A stretch of 64,000 nucleotides of DNA from Octopus sinensis. Its lineage: Eukaryota. The stretch is taken from positions 30,442,001 to 30,506,000 of the forward strand of contig NC_043006.1 in assembly GCF_006345805.1 (NCBI RefSeq). The letters run 5' to 3'. The first letter of the stretch is position 1. The number at the start of each line of letters is the position of its first letter. Positions 49,501-62,279 of the stretch are shown in pieces. The position numbers and the translations under genes are program-made. The notes below the pieces were generated by a model. That model was given only the letters and a program-made list of their open reading frames with translations, was not told the origin of the DNA and did no database searches.

Positions 49501-50151
49501 AAAAAAAAAAAAATCAATGACAGCATTATGGTCATCACAGCTGATAATTGTAATGGTCATACTGAGAAACAGCAGGACAGGAAGACTGATGTGCTTGGAA
49601 GTTATAGCCAGGATAAAATCAATGAAAACTGAAGGAGCTTTACAATACAAATGATTTACCATTTGTAACACATGCACACACACAAAATCCAGTCAATGGT
49701 TATGAACCACTTAGGTAGGTATATAAATGAGATTGACTTTGTACTTCAAAGAAAATTACTATAATACTGAACATAAATGTAGTTAAGAAATTTAGGTCAA
49801 GGGCAAGAAAGACTTGGAAACAAATACAAAAGATCAAATAAAGACTGGAAAGAACTGAAAAGATCTCTCTGTAGAGAGAAATTTTCAGGCAGCATGATAA
49901 TGGTCTCCAGTGGAAGAGGAGAAACAAATGGAAAGTTATAAGTTGTGGATATGAAGAAATGATATCAAGATTTGTGTGGAAGAGACACAAGGATATTTAG
50001 CAGTCATTCAGGTGCAGGCATGGGTGTGTGGTAAGAAGCTTGCTTCCCAACCACATGATTTCAGGTTCAGTCCTGCTGCATGGAACCTTGGTCAAGTGTC
50101 TTCTACCATACAAGGCAGACCAAGGCCTTGGAGTGGATTTAGAGTGTGTAT

Positions 50152-50186
<35 letters not shown>

Positions 50187-53100
50187 AGCCCTCTGACAGC
50201 CACTGTTGATGTTTTTATATCCCCGTAACTTAGCAGTTTGGCACTGATAGAATAAGTACCTGAAAAATAATTCTTTCCAATACTCAGAAGACACCATAGA
50301 AATAGTTGATAGCTTCAGGTACCAAGGAGACCAAACCATTCAGAGAGGAATGTAATAAGAAAGCGCAGGGTTCAGAATAAGAACAGGATGGAAAAGGAAT
50401 CTGTCTTTGACTGAAGAATCTAAGAAGAATCAGATGCAAGGAAAGACTGCATTGGCATAGAAGACATGGAATGCTTATAAGAAATCCAAGCAAAAGAATA
50501 TTGTGAAAGGGGAAAACGAGAGAAGACATAAGCAGAAGTGGTGAAAGCCGAGGTCGAGTTGTTGAATGTCAGAAAGGAGATGAGAAAAGAATGTAACAAG
50601 AGGTAAGAGAGTTTGTTAGGGAGGACCTGTTCAACCCATACAAGAATAGTAAAAAAGGATGTGATGATGATGATGAAATAATACATTAGGTATATCTAAA
50701 CGGGAGGGAAGCTGAAAGGAATAGATTTATTAATGCTCTACAACATGAAGTTTTCCAAATTGCAGAGGCATAGTGTTAATATGGATGAGAATGTTGTTGG
50801 GTAGGTATATTGATACACTTGGCTGTTGGCTGGGAGAGTAAAATGAAAGACACATGTAAAATGCCATTATGTGAGTTTGTTAAATAAGAATATAATAAGG
50901 GAAACAGTGAGAGGCTGGAATGACCAGAGGAGATAGCTATTGATGGTAGCTTCAATTCATAGCAAGTTGAAAATTTCATCTTAGAGAAAAATGAAATAAA
51001 AAATCAATCATTATTCATTAGCCACTTACTAAGAAGAAGGGAAATAATTCCAATGAATTAAAAATGACTCAAAAAAATCAAATCCTAATGCTTAAGGGAA
51101 AATCTGATCTTTAGTGTATGGGGACAGTAAGAAATATGTTCTGGCCTTATTGGATCTTATCAGTGAAGAATGGATTTTCTCTTAAGTTTGAAAACATTTT
51201 TTCATATTAATTTTTGATTTAACTGATAGGTTTAGCTTGTATATTATGCACAATGGGTGAGTTTGTATCAGGTTATGCAACCCCAAACACTGTATTTCTA
51301 ATCAGGCAAAGAAAGTTCTTAACAAAAAACAAACCTCTCAACTTTTCCTTTGACAGGACTCTTTGATGAAGTTTGATGGACACTAAGGAAACAAAGATGT
51401 AGACGAATGGTAGGTGAGAACTTTCTTTTTTAAGGAGAACCCAGCCCCCTTTTTATTGGAAGATTTCAAAGAACAGAAAAAAAAACACATCTACACACAT
51501 AACCTTGGATACATACGCACATCATGATTATAATGATGATGATGACATCCATACACATAATCTTCAACACACACACACAAGCACACGTGCACACACACAC
51601 GCACCCCCCCACTCACATACAAGTTGTGGTCAATCTGAAAGATAACATTTATCTTATAAATAAAATAAATGTTATGCTTAAATAAGAGAAAGCAAAGCTT
51701 ACATTTAAGTGCTAACACATTTTGGGAAACTGTCTCTTCACTCTAAAAAACCAATGTGAACTGTGAAGAAATGCTTCTAATGCTTACTTCAGTATTTGGA
51801 GTATAGCAGGACTTGTGATAGTCGTACTATACAAGTTGAGATTCTCAAGATGCTCAAGTCGACAAATATACTCAAATTCATTGCAGTTGATTCCAGAACA
51901 ATTCTGCAAATCTAATTCTACAAGTAAAGAAATAGAAAAACAATTGAAGGATTAATTAGAACATTCTACAAACCAGGAATCGGGCACAAAACACACACAT
52001 TACATATATATTGTTCTGTATTAACTATCATGTATGAATATTACTATATGTGGATTAATGTTAATCTTAAATGAATTTAAATCCAGCCAGGTTCAAAACC
52101 AGGTCAGATCAACCTTTTTCTGTTTATAGAAAAGATAACAAGAGATTACCTCAGTCTAAAGTCTCTCAGTGAGTGTCAGCTAAACACATTACGTTTACCT
52201 TAAGACACAGAAAATTATCATTACACACATACACACAATACATATATAGACATGAAAGTAAATGTACCTAATAAGATAATTGAAAAACAGCAAGCTAGAT
52301 GAATATTTAAAATAGGGGAAGTTTTTTGAGATTATATGGTTACACGTCCTAATAATAGATTCAGAATCATCATTATTATCCTCATTATTAAACATCCATT
52401 GTTCATACTTGTATGGGTTGGATGGTTTGACCAGGGCTGGCAAGCTGCACTGGACTCCAGTCTGATTTGGTATGGTTTCTATGACTAGATGCCCTTCCTA
52501 ATGCCAACCACTTTACATGGCACCACATGGGCACTTTGTGTGGCACCACATGGGTGCTTTTACATGGCACCACCAGAAGGATCAGTCTTAACACTTTTGC
52601 TAGATGACTTTGGAGAATAATATTTGTTTGGCTTCTTCTGTACATAAATTGCAAAACTTTCTGACACTTGAAAAGCAGAATCATGTTTAACTAAATTTCA
52701 TTTGATATTAAAACAAATGCCATCCTCTTTTACTTTCCAAGTATAGGCCTATAAAGAAGTAGAGAATTTTCTATTACAATTTCAAAAAGTACAGTATCAT
52801 GTAAAAGTCTTCAGTTACTTTAAACTGTCGTAAATTTCTACTAATTGTCAACTTATAAGTGGATGTTTTACAGATAAAACATTGGCCCTGTTGGAGCCAT
52901 TTCCATACCTAATCATTGTATTTTGTAGTAGGGGGTTCTGAATGAGAGGAGAAGATGTGAGATGATCACCAAAATTGGCTGTGCAAAAGTTTTCAGCCAC
53001 TTCACATAAACCAATCAAGATACAGTATTTCAAAACAGAAAAATGTCTACAATAAAAATTTATTACATAATGTTCATTTCAAGAAGTTACTGTAGATTGT

Positions 53101-56100
53101 TAATATTTTGAGTGGCTTCCGTTAGTTTGAATAATTGCTTCAATGTGCCAGGGAAGAAATGTGTACAAGTCCTTCATCATCTTCACAGGTATGAGATGCC
53201 ATTTTCAGTAGCTGAGCTCCCACAACTCTTCAAAATTGCGTAGATTCTTCTGATGAACACTTCTCTTTAGTTCTGTCCACATTTGCTCAATGATATTTAA
53301 GCCAGGTCTCTGAGCTGGCCAATCTTTCAATATGGTGACACCTAAATCAACCAGATTCCGTTGTGTTGCATGGAGCTCCATCATACTGAAAAATCTCACC
53401 TTCAACCAAGTCTGGTATCAAATTGTCCTTGAGCAACTGGATGTATTTGATGCTATTCAAGTTACTGTCACTTTTAACCAACTGAATGAACTGAAATGTG
53501 TAGAATTAAACATGTTGTCCAAATATAAAATGTGATGTTTGCAATGGATTTGAATTTGTAGTTAATTAGCATATCTCCACAGTTGTTTTGCTTTTAACCA
53601 ATAACATTATGACTTCATACCTGATTTTAGATAAATAATAATTATTACTTTCAACAGTAGAAATCAAAATAATTCTTACCTTCCAAATTTGTGCAGGCCT
53701 TAACTAGTATTTGCAGAGAGGTCAGAGTTATAAAATCACAGCATGCTAACCGCAAACATATCAGGTTGGTGCTAGAGGCAACAAGAAGTCTGTAAGAAAG
53801 CAAATTTAATGAACTTTAAAGTTATCATCGCATAAAATGAATTATTTATGTTTGATATAGTATCATTGAATTAAGTGATATTTAATAATAAATAAATATT
53901 TTGTTGCTCACAATTTGAAAGGATCACAAATCAGTGGAGACTTGAAAAGTTACAACCACAACTGCTGTGAGATGTTCCTTTGTTGAGTTTAGGAAATAAA
54001 TAAACTTTGCTTGTGAAGACCTATTGAGGCAAGTGAAGTCAAATCAAAATCGCTGACGTGGCTGATGACAGTATCACCTGATTGGCACTGGTGCCAGTAG
54101 AGTGTTAAAAGCACCATTTGAGCATGATCGTAGCCAGCGTTGCCTTACCGACACGGTGGCATGTGAAAAACAACATTCGAGCGTGGTTGTTGCCAGTGCT
54201 GCCAGACTGGTTCCCGTGCAGGTAGCACGTAAAAAATAGCTTTTGAGCGTGGTCGTTGCCAGATCCGCCTGACTGGCCCTCGTACCGGTGGTATGTAAAA
54301 GCACCCACTACACTCTCAGAGTTGTTGGCGTTAGGAAGGGCATCCAGCTGTAGAAACTTTGCCAAATTGAGCCTGGTACAGCCATCTGGCTCACCTGCCC
54401 TCAGTCAAACCGTCCAACCCATGTCAGCATGGAAAGCGGACGTTAATCGACGAGGATGATGATGATGTTGATACAGTAATACTTCAAAACTTATAAAATA
54501 TATTTGTCAACACATGACAATTTAATATGTAGTAATTAGATTAACTTGGGATTATTCATGCTTAGTATTCAAGAAATCATCATCATTATCATCATCACTT
54601 AACATCCGTTTTCCATGCTGGCATGGGTTGGACAGTTTGACAGGAGCTGTATCAAGTTCCATTCTCTGCTTTGTTAAGGTTTCTACAGATGGATGCCCAT
54701 CCTAACCCTAACTACTTAACAGCTTTACAGAGTGTACTAGGTGCATTTTATGTGGCACCAACACTGGTGCTTTCTAAGTGGCATCAGCACTGACAGGGTC
54801 CCCAAGTACCTTGCAAGACAAAAAAATTACAGTTTCCAAAACTTAAATAGATTTATTAGTTGTCTTATATCCATATAAGTGTTAATTCTAGCATAAAACT
54901 CTACATTTGCATAAAATTCCAGCAATTTAGATTTTAAACTCTGGATGCTTTTTCCAACATTAAACATTCAGTAATAAAATAAAAATAGAACTGCCTCAGA
55001 CTATGGCAATTAGTTTAGGAAAATTTCAAGTTCAAAATGTTTCATCACTTGAGATATGACATTCAATCTTAAGAGATCGTTATACACTTTGCATTTGTGT
55101 GAGTGCTTGATTGACAGATTAATAAAAAATATCACAAATGTAAATTGAAAATTAGTAGATGTAGGGGTGCGTGGGGTGGATATAAGGAGAGGACAAGGAA
55201 TGTTAAAGTTAATTTAATAGGTTATATTCTTAAAGGTATGATGAATAATAATTTTATTTAATGGTTCCATGAAAAAAGCACCCGTACTGGTGCCACATGT
55301 AAAGCACTGGTGCGGGTACCATATAAAAAGCACCCAGTACATTCTGTAAAGTGGTTGACATTAAGAAGGGCATCCAGCAATAGAAACCATGCCAAACCAG
55401 ACAATTGGAGACTGGTGCAGCCCTTTGGCTGCCCCGCTCCTGTTCAACCCATCTCAGCATGGAAAACGGATATTAAATGACAATGATGATAATGATGATG
55501 TTTATATAATTATTATTAGCTTTATTGTAGTAATTATTTACTGAAGTAGCTTAAACAGAGCATGATGTTGAAGGTATCAAAGTGATATTTTTCTCAACCA
55601 TCTTGAATAAGTAAAACAACTGATGTTGCTTAGGTAGAAATATTAAAGAAAAGACAGGAAATCAGCAATGAAAGTAAGAATAATAGGAATGCAGAAGAGA
55701 AAGCTTTCTTTATTAAGAAATTGCATGATGAAATAGTTGTGCAATTTCTAGTTTGTAATCTAAATCCATTGCAATGAATATAAGATAAACTTGATAGAAA
55801 TAATGTAAGCTCTAAATATTTGAATATACCACTGTTAACACAATAGGTGTAAACAGAAAATGATAGTGACCTCCTGAGCAGTCTATGGGATAAATGTTAA
55901 ATTAACTAAAAAACTTGTGAATTAAAACTTTGATGACATCAACTGATGCAAAACTTATAATCTCTTGGCTGGATACTTTGACCAGAGATATTGTTGATTA
56001 AAAAACATTATTGAAAAACTAGGAATATTAAGACTTACCCTTTCAGGCTTAAATCTGTTACATTACACCATGAGACATCTAATTTATTCAACTTTTTACA

Positions 56101-59100
56101 TCTTGAAACCAAACTATTCAAAGTTTTATCAGACACCTGAAATAATTAAACATACTTTCTTTATTGATTTTGTTTTACTTTAATGATATCTATTAATTCA
56201 CCTGTTACAGTTTTGCACAAATTATAAATATCTATAAATAATAGTTAGTGTAAGTGTCATTACTGGAATATAGTTTCTATGTTTGACAATTAAATTCAAC
56301 AAGCATTTTGGGAGGAAAAACCCAGCATCCACATCCTCTCTCAACAACACTAATATCAAGAAGTCTCCTTGTGAACACGATCTGGGCATTACTATCAGCA
56401 GTGATTTGCACTGGACAAAGCACATCTCTAAAATTGTCAAGAAAGCCGAGGGTATCTTGGCATCACTCAGCAAGACCTTTGTCAGCCGCTCTTCCAGCTA
56501 TCTATTTAAGGCTGTATATGGCTATGGAGTGGCCACACTTGCAATTTGCATCACCAGTCTGGAACCCCTATCTTGCTCAGGACAAGCGAATACCCTCCAT
56601 CAGGCATCTACTGTAGCCTGAACGCCTTGCTTCCCTGGGCATAGATACATTAAAGCACCAGTGTCTGGCAACTGACTTAGTAAACACCCACAAAATTATT
56701 AACCATCGCATCAACAACCACCTTCAGTACCTTTTTGAGCTTCATGTGTCTACCACACACGGGCATGCTTACAAAGTCAGAAAACAGTACAGCTCCCATG
56801 ACTTTCGGAAACATTTTTTCACACTCAGGTCGTTGAAGCATGGAACAAACTACCTGCATCAGTTGTTAGTTGCTGAGACATTGCACCCATTAAAACTTCC
56901 ATGCTTCCTGAAATTCACCAACACTACATCTGATATCTGCCCCCTCCTCCATATGCATGCACACATGACTATCATGACTCATGCACTGTTCACTTTCCTG
57001 ACTTTTGTACATAATTCTGTGTACTGTACATGCACCTTTGATAAGTTGTAGTGCACCTGAGCACTATACACAATAATTTCATTATTATTATTATTATTAT
57101 TATTATTTATTATATCTCATTGTCTGACCTCACCACATGACATTCTTGACCTTCTTTGACTTTGCTGATAGAAACCTAACCTATTATGAGATTATTGATA
57201 ATACGTATCTTTGTTAAGGACTCAAAAGGGTGGTGAGATATGATCTTAAAGCTCTTTACCATTTTGGTTGATTGGCATGCACTGACATAACAAGTCATTG
57301 TCATCATCATCTAATGTCTGTTTTCCATGCTGGCATGGGTTGGACAGTTTGACAGGAACTGGCAAGACCAGGGACAACCAAGGTTCCAGTGTCTGTTTTG
57401 GCATGGTTTCTACAGCTAGATACCCTTCCTAACACCAACCACTTTACAGAGTGTACTGGGTGCTTTTTCTGTGGCACCAGCACCAGTGCTTTTTCTGTGG
57501 CACCATCATGAGTGCTTTCTTTGTGACACCGCACAGGCACTTTTTACATAGCAGCAGCACTTTCAAATGCTTTAAAATGTAACTTTAAATATCCTCATGG
57601 AATCCAATACTTTTCTTTCCAGAAGAATCTCAACTCTCATCCTCAAACAAATCTCAGTTTTATGATTTTGTTCAAGAGAAAAATATTTGTTCCATGCTTT
57701 AGCAACTCTGAGTGTGTAAAAGGACACAAAACTTAATAAATACTTTAATATCAGATAAAATCTTCAAATTAAATTCTCTACATATGACATAATATCAATA
57801 GATAAAAACACTAACTTATTTTAATTAATTTAATTACTTTTTCTGAAGTAGAATTGGGGTTACCCAGAGCTTATTGCAGCCTCATAGACAGGAATATATA
57901 AAAAAATTGTGTGAGGTTAACATTCAATTAGATTTGCTGTGAAAATGAAGAAATTTAAGAATGGTTACAGTTTTAATAGAGAAGGATTGACAGAAGTCTG
58001 GGAGGTAAGTTGACAGAAGAAAGAATAAAAAAGAAAGTAGAATAAAAGCTTACAATTGACAGTTTAAGGTAGAAGCAATGATGCAGGAGTAGGGGAGAAG
58101 GGAGAGCGATTCCCATAATCCAAAAGGTTGTTAGAAATGAGTCAAGATATTGTCTTCATGCTGATTAGCTCCAGCTTAGCAATGAATAGAACTATAATCA
58201 AAAACATTCCCATATTTTAGGGGAGGGGACACAAGACATTATGCAATATGGTCTTCATTTTTGTCAGACAATAAGGTGTGTTTTGACAGATATTTCACTC
58301 CATCATTTGCATTTTTTTTAAACGTTGTGTGTCTTGGTGAAGTCAGATTGGCAAAGTCAATTCCTCTCTAAGTTCAATACTTCAAGACAGCAAAAGACTG
58401 GCCAGATCTATAATGCTGCTATTGTTTAGAGCACAGAACTAGGTGGATGATGTCAGAGGTTCTCAAACAGACAAATACCATAAGACTCTTCTTTCATCAA
58501 AGTGTTTGACAAGTTTCAAAAGTTTAGTTAACACAGCAATTTGTTCACTGGCTTTTCAATCCTCACAAAGCCCACTCCACTTATGACAAACTCTGGGACA
58601 TTTAAGTGTACATACTACTGCATCTCAGCTGATTGCCTGGTACCTTGGTGGTTCCTATCTATGTACTCTACAGGGACAGAAAACTGTCAATGAAATCAGG
58701 AGGAAGAGGAGGTCCAGTGGTCATAAAATTTGTGTAGGCTTTGTTAGACTTTCTGATAAGGACGAGTTGGTAAGGTTATGATAATAGTTTAGTGTAAGTC
58801 AGCTCTGGCTGTGTAGACATATGATCAAAGGTTACCCAGCCATGACCATCCCATCATTCTCTTAGGCATTGCATATCCAATGCTTTTCTCTCTCTTTTCT
58901 AGATGGTAGAGTGTAATCTGAGGAAGATTTGACTAGCATTTTTAGTAGGCTGAGTAATCAAGAAGAGTTTTCCTTTGCAAGTTTGTGTGTTGAGATAGTA
59001 TAGAGAGCATGGAATAAATTAGGGAGAGAGAAGAAGGATTTTTGAGTGGAGCAATAATAGAAGACATAAAAGGAGAGTTACCTTGTACCAATATGGCTTT

Positions 59101-60441
59101 AAGTTGACTTTTGTCCAGAGGAAAGCATCATATGTACTATCTCTAAGATACCTAACAAATAAAATTTAAACTGAGACTTCAGTTTTAATTAGCTTTAAAA
59201 TTTTAATGAAGCAGACTTGAAATTTAAAAGGTATTCATTTAGTGTAGGTTAAAGAGAAATGAATGAAAAATTCTAGGAATTATGAAAAATTAATAGCTGG
59301 TGACCTGATAATAATCATTTCCGGATAAAAGATGCGGGAACAGAATAAAGGTAAACGAAGTTGCAATGAATTAGTGGATTCTCTTTAACAAAGATTAAAA
59401 GTAGTTGTACTAGTTATTATATAGGTATTTAGGTATTCAACACTTTTTCCTGTTGTATCTTGGGAGGGTCATCATGCCAATAATAAGCACACACACTGGT
59501 TCAATTTCACTTTTTTACTTTTATTAGTCAACTGGTTGATCATTTAACTAATTGATTGTTTGATTAATTATTTGGTTAACCAACCAATCAGCTACGTTTA
59601 TCATTCATAACCTCATCAATGCTATTCACAACTTCAATGACATGCCCTCTCTAATCCAGGTTTGCTTCAATCAACAAATAAATTATAAAGAAGCAGCTTT
59701 GGCAAGCCTCAAAGTTCTGGTTGTGGCTGATGAGACAGAACATGTCAAAACACTGGTGTCCCAGAATGCCATGCACCACTGAGATGAATGTGTTGAACAC
59801 ACAGTTGTCTGAAATGGAAAAGTCATTCTTCTAAGACATACACTACAGGGAACAGCATATTTAGCGTCTGAACTTGCATAGATGTGTTAAGAATAAATAT
59901 GCAAATATTCATTCAATTCTAAGTGAAATATCTAGAATTAAATTACAAGGAGGACTGATAATAATAATAGATAACATTGTAAAGGTTTAATCAAATCTAG
60001 AATAAAATAGGTCACAATATACATTTTGGTTACTGGAACTAAAAGGAATATATTATTATAAAGTAATAAATAGTTGAATCTTACTTGCAAGTTTGTGAAA
60101 GTAAACATAAAGAAACTTGATCAAGATAGCTCAACAAGAAAAATAGTATTTCCTGCTGAAAAATAAATATAATAATAATAATAGTAGTAGTAGTAGTAGT
60201 TTTAAATTTTGGCACAAGGCCAGCAAGTTCAGGGTAGGAGGTAAGTTTTGTGGTACTTATTTTATAAACCTCGAAAGGATGGAAGGTAAAGTGGACCTTG
60301 GAAGAATTTGAACTCAGAATGTGATGAAATACTATTGGACATTTTGCCTGGTGTACTAATGATTCTGCTAGCTCACCACCTAAATAATAATAATAATAAT
60401 TGTTGTTGTTGTTGTCATCATCATAATTTAACATCTGTTCG

Positions 60442-60472
<31 letters not shown>

Positions 60473-62117
60473 TATATATATACACATACAGGGAGATAGA
60501 GAGATTTGGGTTTACAAATAGAAAAATAGAACTTAGTGCATAAAGCAGAGTGTGTGTGTGTATATATATATAAAATAAGTGAAAAATGTATAGTAAATAC
60601 ACAAATGGAAAGTAGAAAATATGTAACGTATATTGAATGCACACATGGACAGAGTAGGTGCCTAATTCTTCATCAGTTATCAACCTGATGCTATCACTCA
60701 GTTTTGCACCATTAATGATGAGGCTGAGATGCTTCCCATGCTGGCAGTGCCCATGAAGGTTGCAGAGAATATGAAACTGAGAGCAAACAATACATGGATA
60801 ACAAACGATATGAAAGTGGACATATGAAAGTGAATAAAAGCAATTTAAGACAATGGAAGAAAGACAAAGATGAAATAAATAAAAAACACACAATAGAAAT
60901 GACAATTTTTCTTTAATCAACATGTCATTAGATGTTGCCATGTGTGGGAGCTTCTCCCAATTTTCTTGGCTTTAAGTGATTATTAGACATCTGTTTCTTT
61001 AAACAGAAAGTCAGTATCACAAAACTTTTTACAGGGCAACATCTGAGTTCATTTCTGCAAAATTAAAAACACAATTCTAAAATGGTAATTATGTATTTTC
61101 TTTTCTTTGCTAATAATACTGCAGCTGCTCCTACTCCCCAGCTCCTAGGACTAGCAACAGTGGCAACCAAATTCCACTGAAATCACATAATATCAGCTTT
61201 AAATAGGAAGGCCATATTGGACAATAAAGTCATAAACATACAGACAGCAGCATGGTTGTGGCTATAATGCCCTTCTTCATAGGTCATCTTATTTAGGACT
61301 GAGTTGGGAGTAAACAACAACGCAAGTCAACCAACATCCATTAAATTAGACATTATTCTCCCTCCACAATTTAAATGTTGAAGACTGATAAGGGGGTTTC
61401 ATGCAATGATAACATTTTCAAATACATCTAACCAACTTTACCAGAAGAGATAAAGAATAAAGAAAAAGAGGATTTTATTAAAAAGAGACGATGAGCAATG
61501 GCTAGAAGAATATCAAGCAAAACCTAGCAATCAGTTGATCTAGCAAGTGAGGCCTCATTTCAGTGAGGGGAGGCCAGTGAGCAATGATGCCATTGAGAGG
61601 AAGGCCCTGAAATGGTGTGCATTCTCTCCTGGTAACTCCATAAGTTTGCTAGCATTTGTATGCAGGGCTTTCAAATGGTAGCACTTGGCACAAGGCCAGC
61701 AAATTCAGGGAGTGGGTAAGTAGATTACATCAAGCCCAGTACTCAACTGGTACTTAATTTTATTGATCCCAAAAGAATGAAAGGCAAAGTTGACCGTGAC
61801 AAAATTTGAACTCAGAACGTAAAGACACATGAAATGCTGCTAAGCATTTTGCCCTGCATGCTAACAATTCTGCCAGCTTGTTGCCCTTATAGATGTATAC
61901 ACTATCAAATATACTTACCGGTAATAGTTTAAAATAACCTCCATCCATTTCAGTTAAAGAATCCCTTTGAATGGCATCAGGTGAAGTAATGGCTGTACTA
62001 AATGAAATCTGGGAAACAATATAATTTTCAAGATTTGGTTTGTAACCTATCAGCTGTATGGCATCAATCTCTGTATAATACTGTAACATTCGGTGATGGA
62101 ATTCAATGCGAAATAAA
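37366..62117 (-). CDS. FBXL4: FBXL4 (F-box/LRR protein 4), spliced; last 11 coding exons, about 402 aa; 5' exons lie beyond the window
   Basis: Joined exons total 1210 nt with GT-AG introns, consistent phases and no internal stop. Motifs YYTEIDAI, GYFKLLP (F-box start), NLKPYW, LNLGSC, LDFWR, ELDLGW, LKKLFLTANR, LEQLDILG and LDVSFC..FPHVSIKKS match FBXL4 as recalled from established knowledge. Confidence 0.93.
38780..39360 (+). mobile_element. Decayed hAT (Charlie/Buster-type) transposase fragment in the last FBXL4 intron
   Basis: KPSNLKYHFDAKH..ASYKL..AKSGKFHTIG and SIQVDEST..LMMVYVRY motifs. Confidence 0.8.
40021..40125 (-). CDS. FBXL4: FBXL4 exon (TVCNEDL...LEQLDILG...CVYR)
   Basis: TATTAG| acceptor, |GTCAGT donor, 105 nt. 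Confidence 0.92.
42850..43760 (-). mobile_element. Highly decayed pogo/Tigger-like transposase fragment
   Basis: Hand translation gives FVDKFTKL..PESVYNGDKTILF and KLLVIGKC..QRKDGWIT..NYF, resembling the Tigger DDE domain; many stops. Confidence 0.55.
44071..44628 (+). mobile_element. Internally deleted mariner with imperfect TIRs
   Basis: Left GTCCGGTCAAAAAGTATT; right reverse complement GTCTGATCAAAAAGTATC; internal FLRTVITGDKSWVYSYD remnant. Confidence 0.7.
45087..45173 (-). CDS. FBXL4: FBXL4 exon (RSLLSESGCFIELVRKCPNLKKLFLTANR)
   Basis: TTTCAG| acceptor, |GTATGT donor, 87 nt. Confidence 0.92.
45490..47100 (-). mobile_element. Decayed RTE LINE in an FBXL4 intron
   Basis: ORFs 46414-46923 and 46191-46448 (WELLYAD, RWPC..C..C..C..H..C, YLGDQ) plus a 3'UTR tail. 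Confidence 0.88.
47361..47471 (-). CDS. FBXL4: FBXL4 exon (CIECLDFWRAR...QELDLGW)
   Basis: TTCCAG| acceptor, |GTAAGT donor, 111 nt. Confidence 0.9.
48090..48285 (+). mobile_element. RTE 3'-tail copy
   Basis: AAAAAGCACCCAGTACAC...CCATGCCAGTATGGAAAATGGATG...ATGATGA. Confidence 0.7.
48737..48829 (-). CDS. FBXL4: FBXL4 exon (GCLKLRVLNLGSCFMVENYDKVAEYIAKYS)
   Basis: TTTCAG| acceptor, |GTACCA donor, 93 nt. Confidence 0.9.
48873..49038 (+). mobile_element. Young Nin-like SINE with a 16-bp target-site duplication (ACAAGGTCAGCAAGTT at 48857-48872 and 49039-49054)
   Basis: Exact 16-bp flanking direct repeat and an A-rich tail; it interrupts an older minus-strand copy of the same family (about 48845-49235). 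Confidence 0.85.
50030..50140 (+). mobile_element. tRNA-derived SINE
   Basis: GGTGCAGGCATGGGTGTGTGGTAAG / GGTTCAGTCC boxes. Confidence 0.75.
51788..51917 (-). CDS. FBXL4: FBXL4 exon (LDLQNCSG...LNLYSTTI...ILK)
   Basis: TTGTAG| acceptor, |GTAAGC donor, 130 nt. Confidence 0.9.
52395..52570 (-). mobile_element. RTE 3'-tail copy
   Basis: ATGGGTTGGATGG...GATGCCCTTCCTAATGCCAACCAC. Confidence 0.75.
53100..53480 (-). mobile_element. Tc1 (DD34E-type) transposase C-terminal fragment
   Basis: DWPAQRPGLNIIEQMWTELKR motif. Confidence 0.75.
53680..53789 (-). CDS. FBXL4: FBXL4 exon (LLVASSTNLICLRLACC...ACTNLE)
   Basis: TTACAG| acceptor, |GTAAGA donor, 110 nt. Confidence 0.9.
54010..54470 (+). mobile_element. 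RTE 3'UTR copy with internal tandem repeats and (GAT)n tail
   Basis: GTGAAGACCTATTGAGGCAAGTGA... through CCAACCCATGTCAGCATGGAAAGCGGACG. Confidence 0.85.
54585..54800 (-). mobile_element. RTE 3'-tail copy (inverted relative to 54010-54470)
   Basis: CATCATC..TTAACATCCGTTTTCCATGCTGGCATGGGTTGGAC. Confidence 0.8.
55270..55500 (+). mobile_element. RTE 3'-tail copy
   Basis: AAAAAGCACCCAGTACA...GAAGGGCATCCAGC...GCATGGAAAACGG...GATGATG. Confidence 0.8.
56039..56136 (-). CDS. FBXL4: FBXL4 exon (VSDKTLNSLVSRCKKLNKLDVSWC...)
   Basis: TTTCAG| acceptor, |GTAAGT donor, 98 nt. Confidence 0.9.
56280..57110 (+). mobile_element. Decayed CR1/L2-group LINE 3' fragment with (ATT)n tail
   Basis: EHDLGITISSDLHWTKHI..PHLQFASPVWNPY..HGHAYKV..RKHFF motifs; (ATT)n at about 57080-57110. 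Confidence 0.8.
57300..57545 (-). mobile_element. RTE 3'-tail copy
   Basis: Same tail motifs as the other copies. Confidence 0.8.
59082..59151 (-). CDS. FBXL4: FBXL4 exon (YLRDSTYDAFLWTKVNLKPYWYK)
   Basis: TGTTAG| acceptor, |GTAACT donor, 70 nt. Confidence 0.9.
60085..60155 (-). CDS. FBXL4: FBXL4 exon (QEILFFLLSYLDQVSLCLLSQTCK, F-box)
   Basis: TTTCAG|CAG acceptor, |GTAAGA donor, 71 nt. Confidence 0.88.
60200..60380 (-). mobile_element. Older Nin-like SINE copy
   Basis: TGGCACAAGGCCAGCAAG...GGTACTTATTTTAT..CGAAAGGATG..GAATTTGAACTCAG. Confidence 0.65.
61685..61880 (-). mobile_element. Older Nin-like SINE copy
   Basis: TGGCACAAGGCCAGCAA...AACTGGTACTTAATTTTATTGA...AATTTGAACTCAGAACGTAA. Confidence 0.7.
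61919..62117 (-). CDS. FBXL4: FBXL4 exon (LFRIEFHHR...GYFKLLP)
   Basis: TTGCAG| acceptor, |GTAAGT donor, 199 nt. Confidence 0.9.
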
Positions 62118-62279
62118 CTGCAACACAAAGAATTGTTAAATTACATAATTTATACAAAATAAACAGCTATTATGTTTTTTATGAATTGTTTTTTTTTTTT
62201 TTTGCTTATCTTTTAAAATTAATTTAATTTTACTTTTGAAATTTTTTTTTGGTTATGTAAAACCAAATGAACCAGCTTC

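Noticed and set aside
52848-53033. 61-aa ORF between FBXL4 exons as a possible extra exon
   Set aside because: The flanking exons already join in frame and match FBXL4 without a gap; the peptide shows no LRR pattern.
60081-60941. 286-aa minus-strand ORF
   Set aside because: Only the last about 24 codons are a real FBXL4 exon; the rest is intron with SINE and microsatellite sequence.
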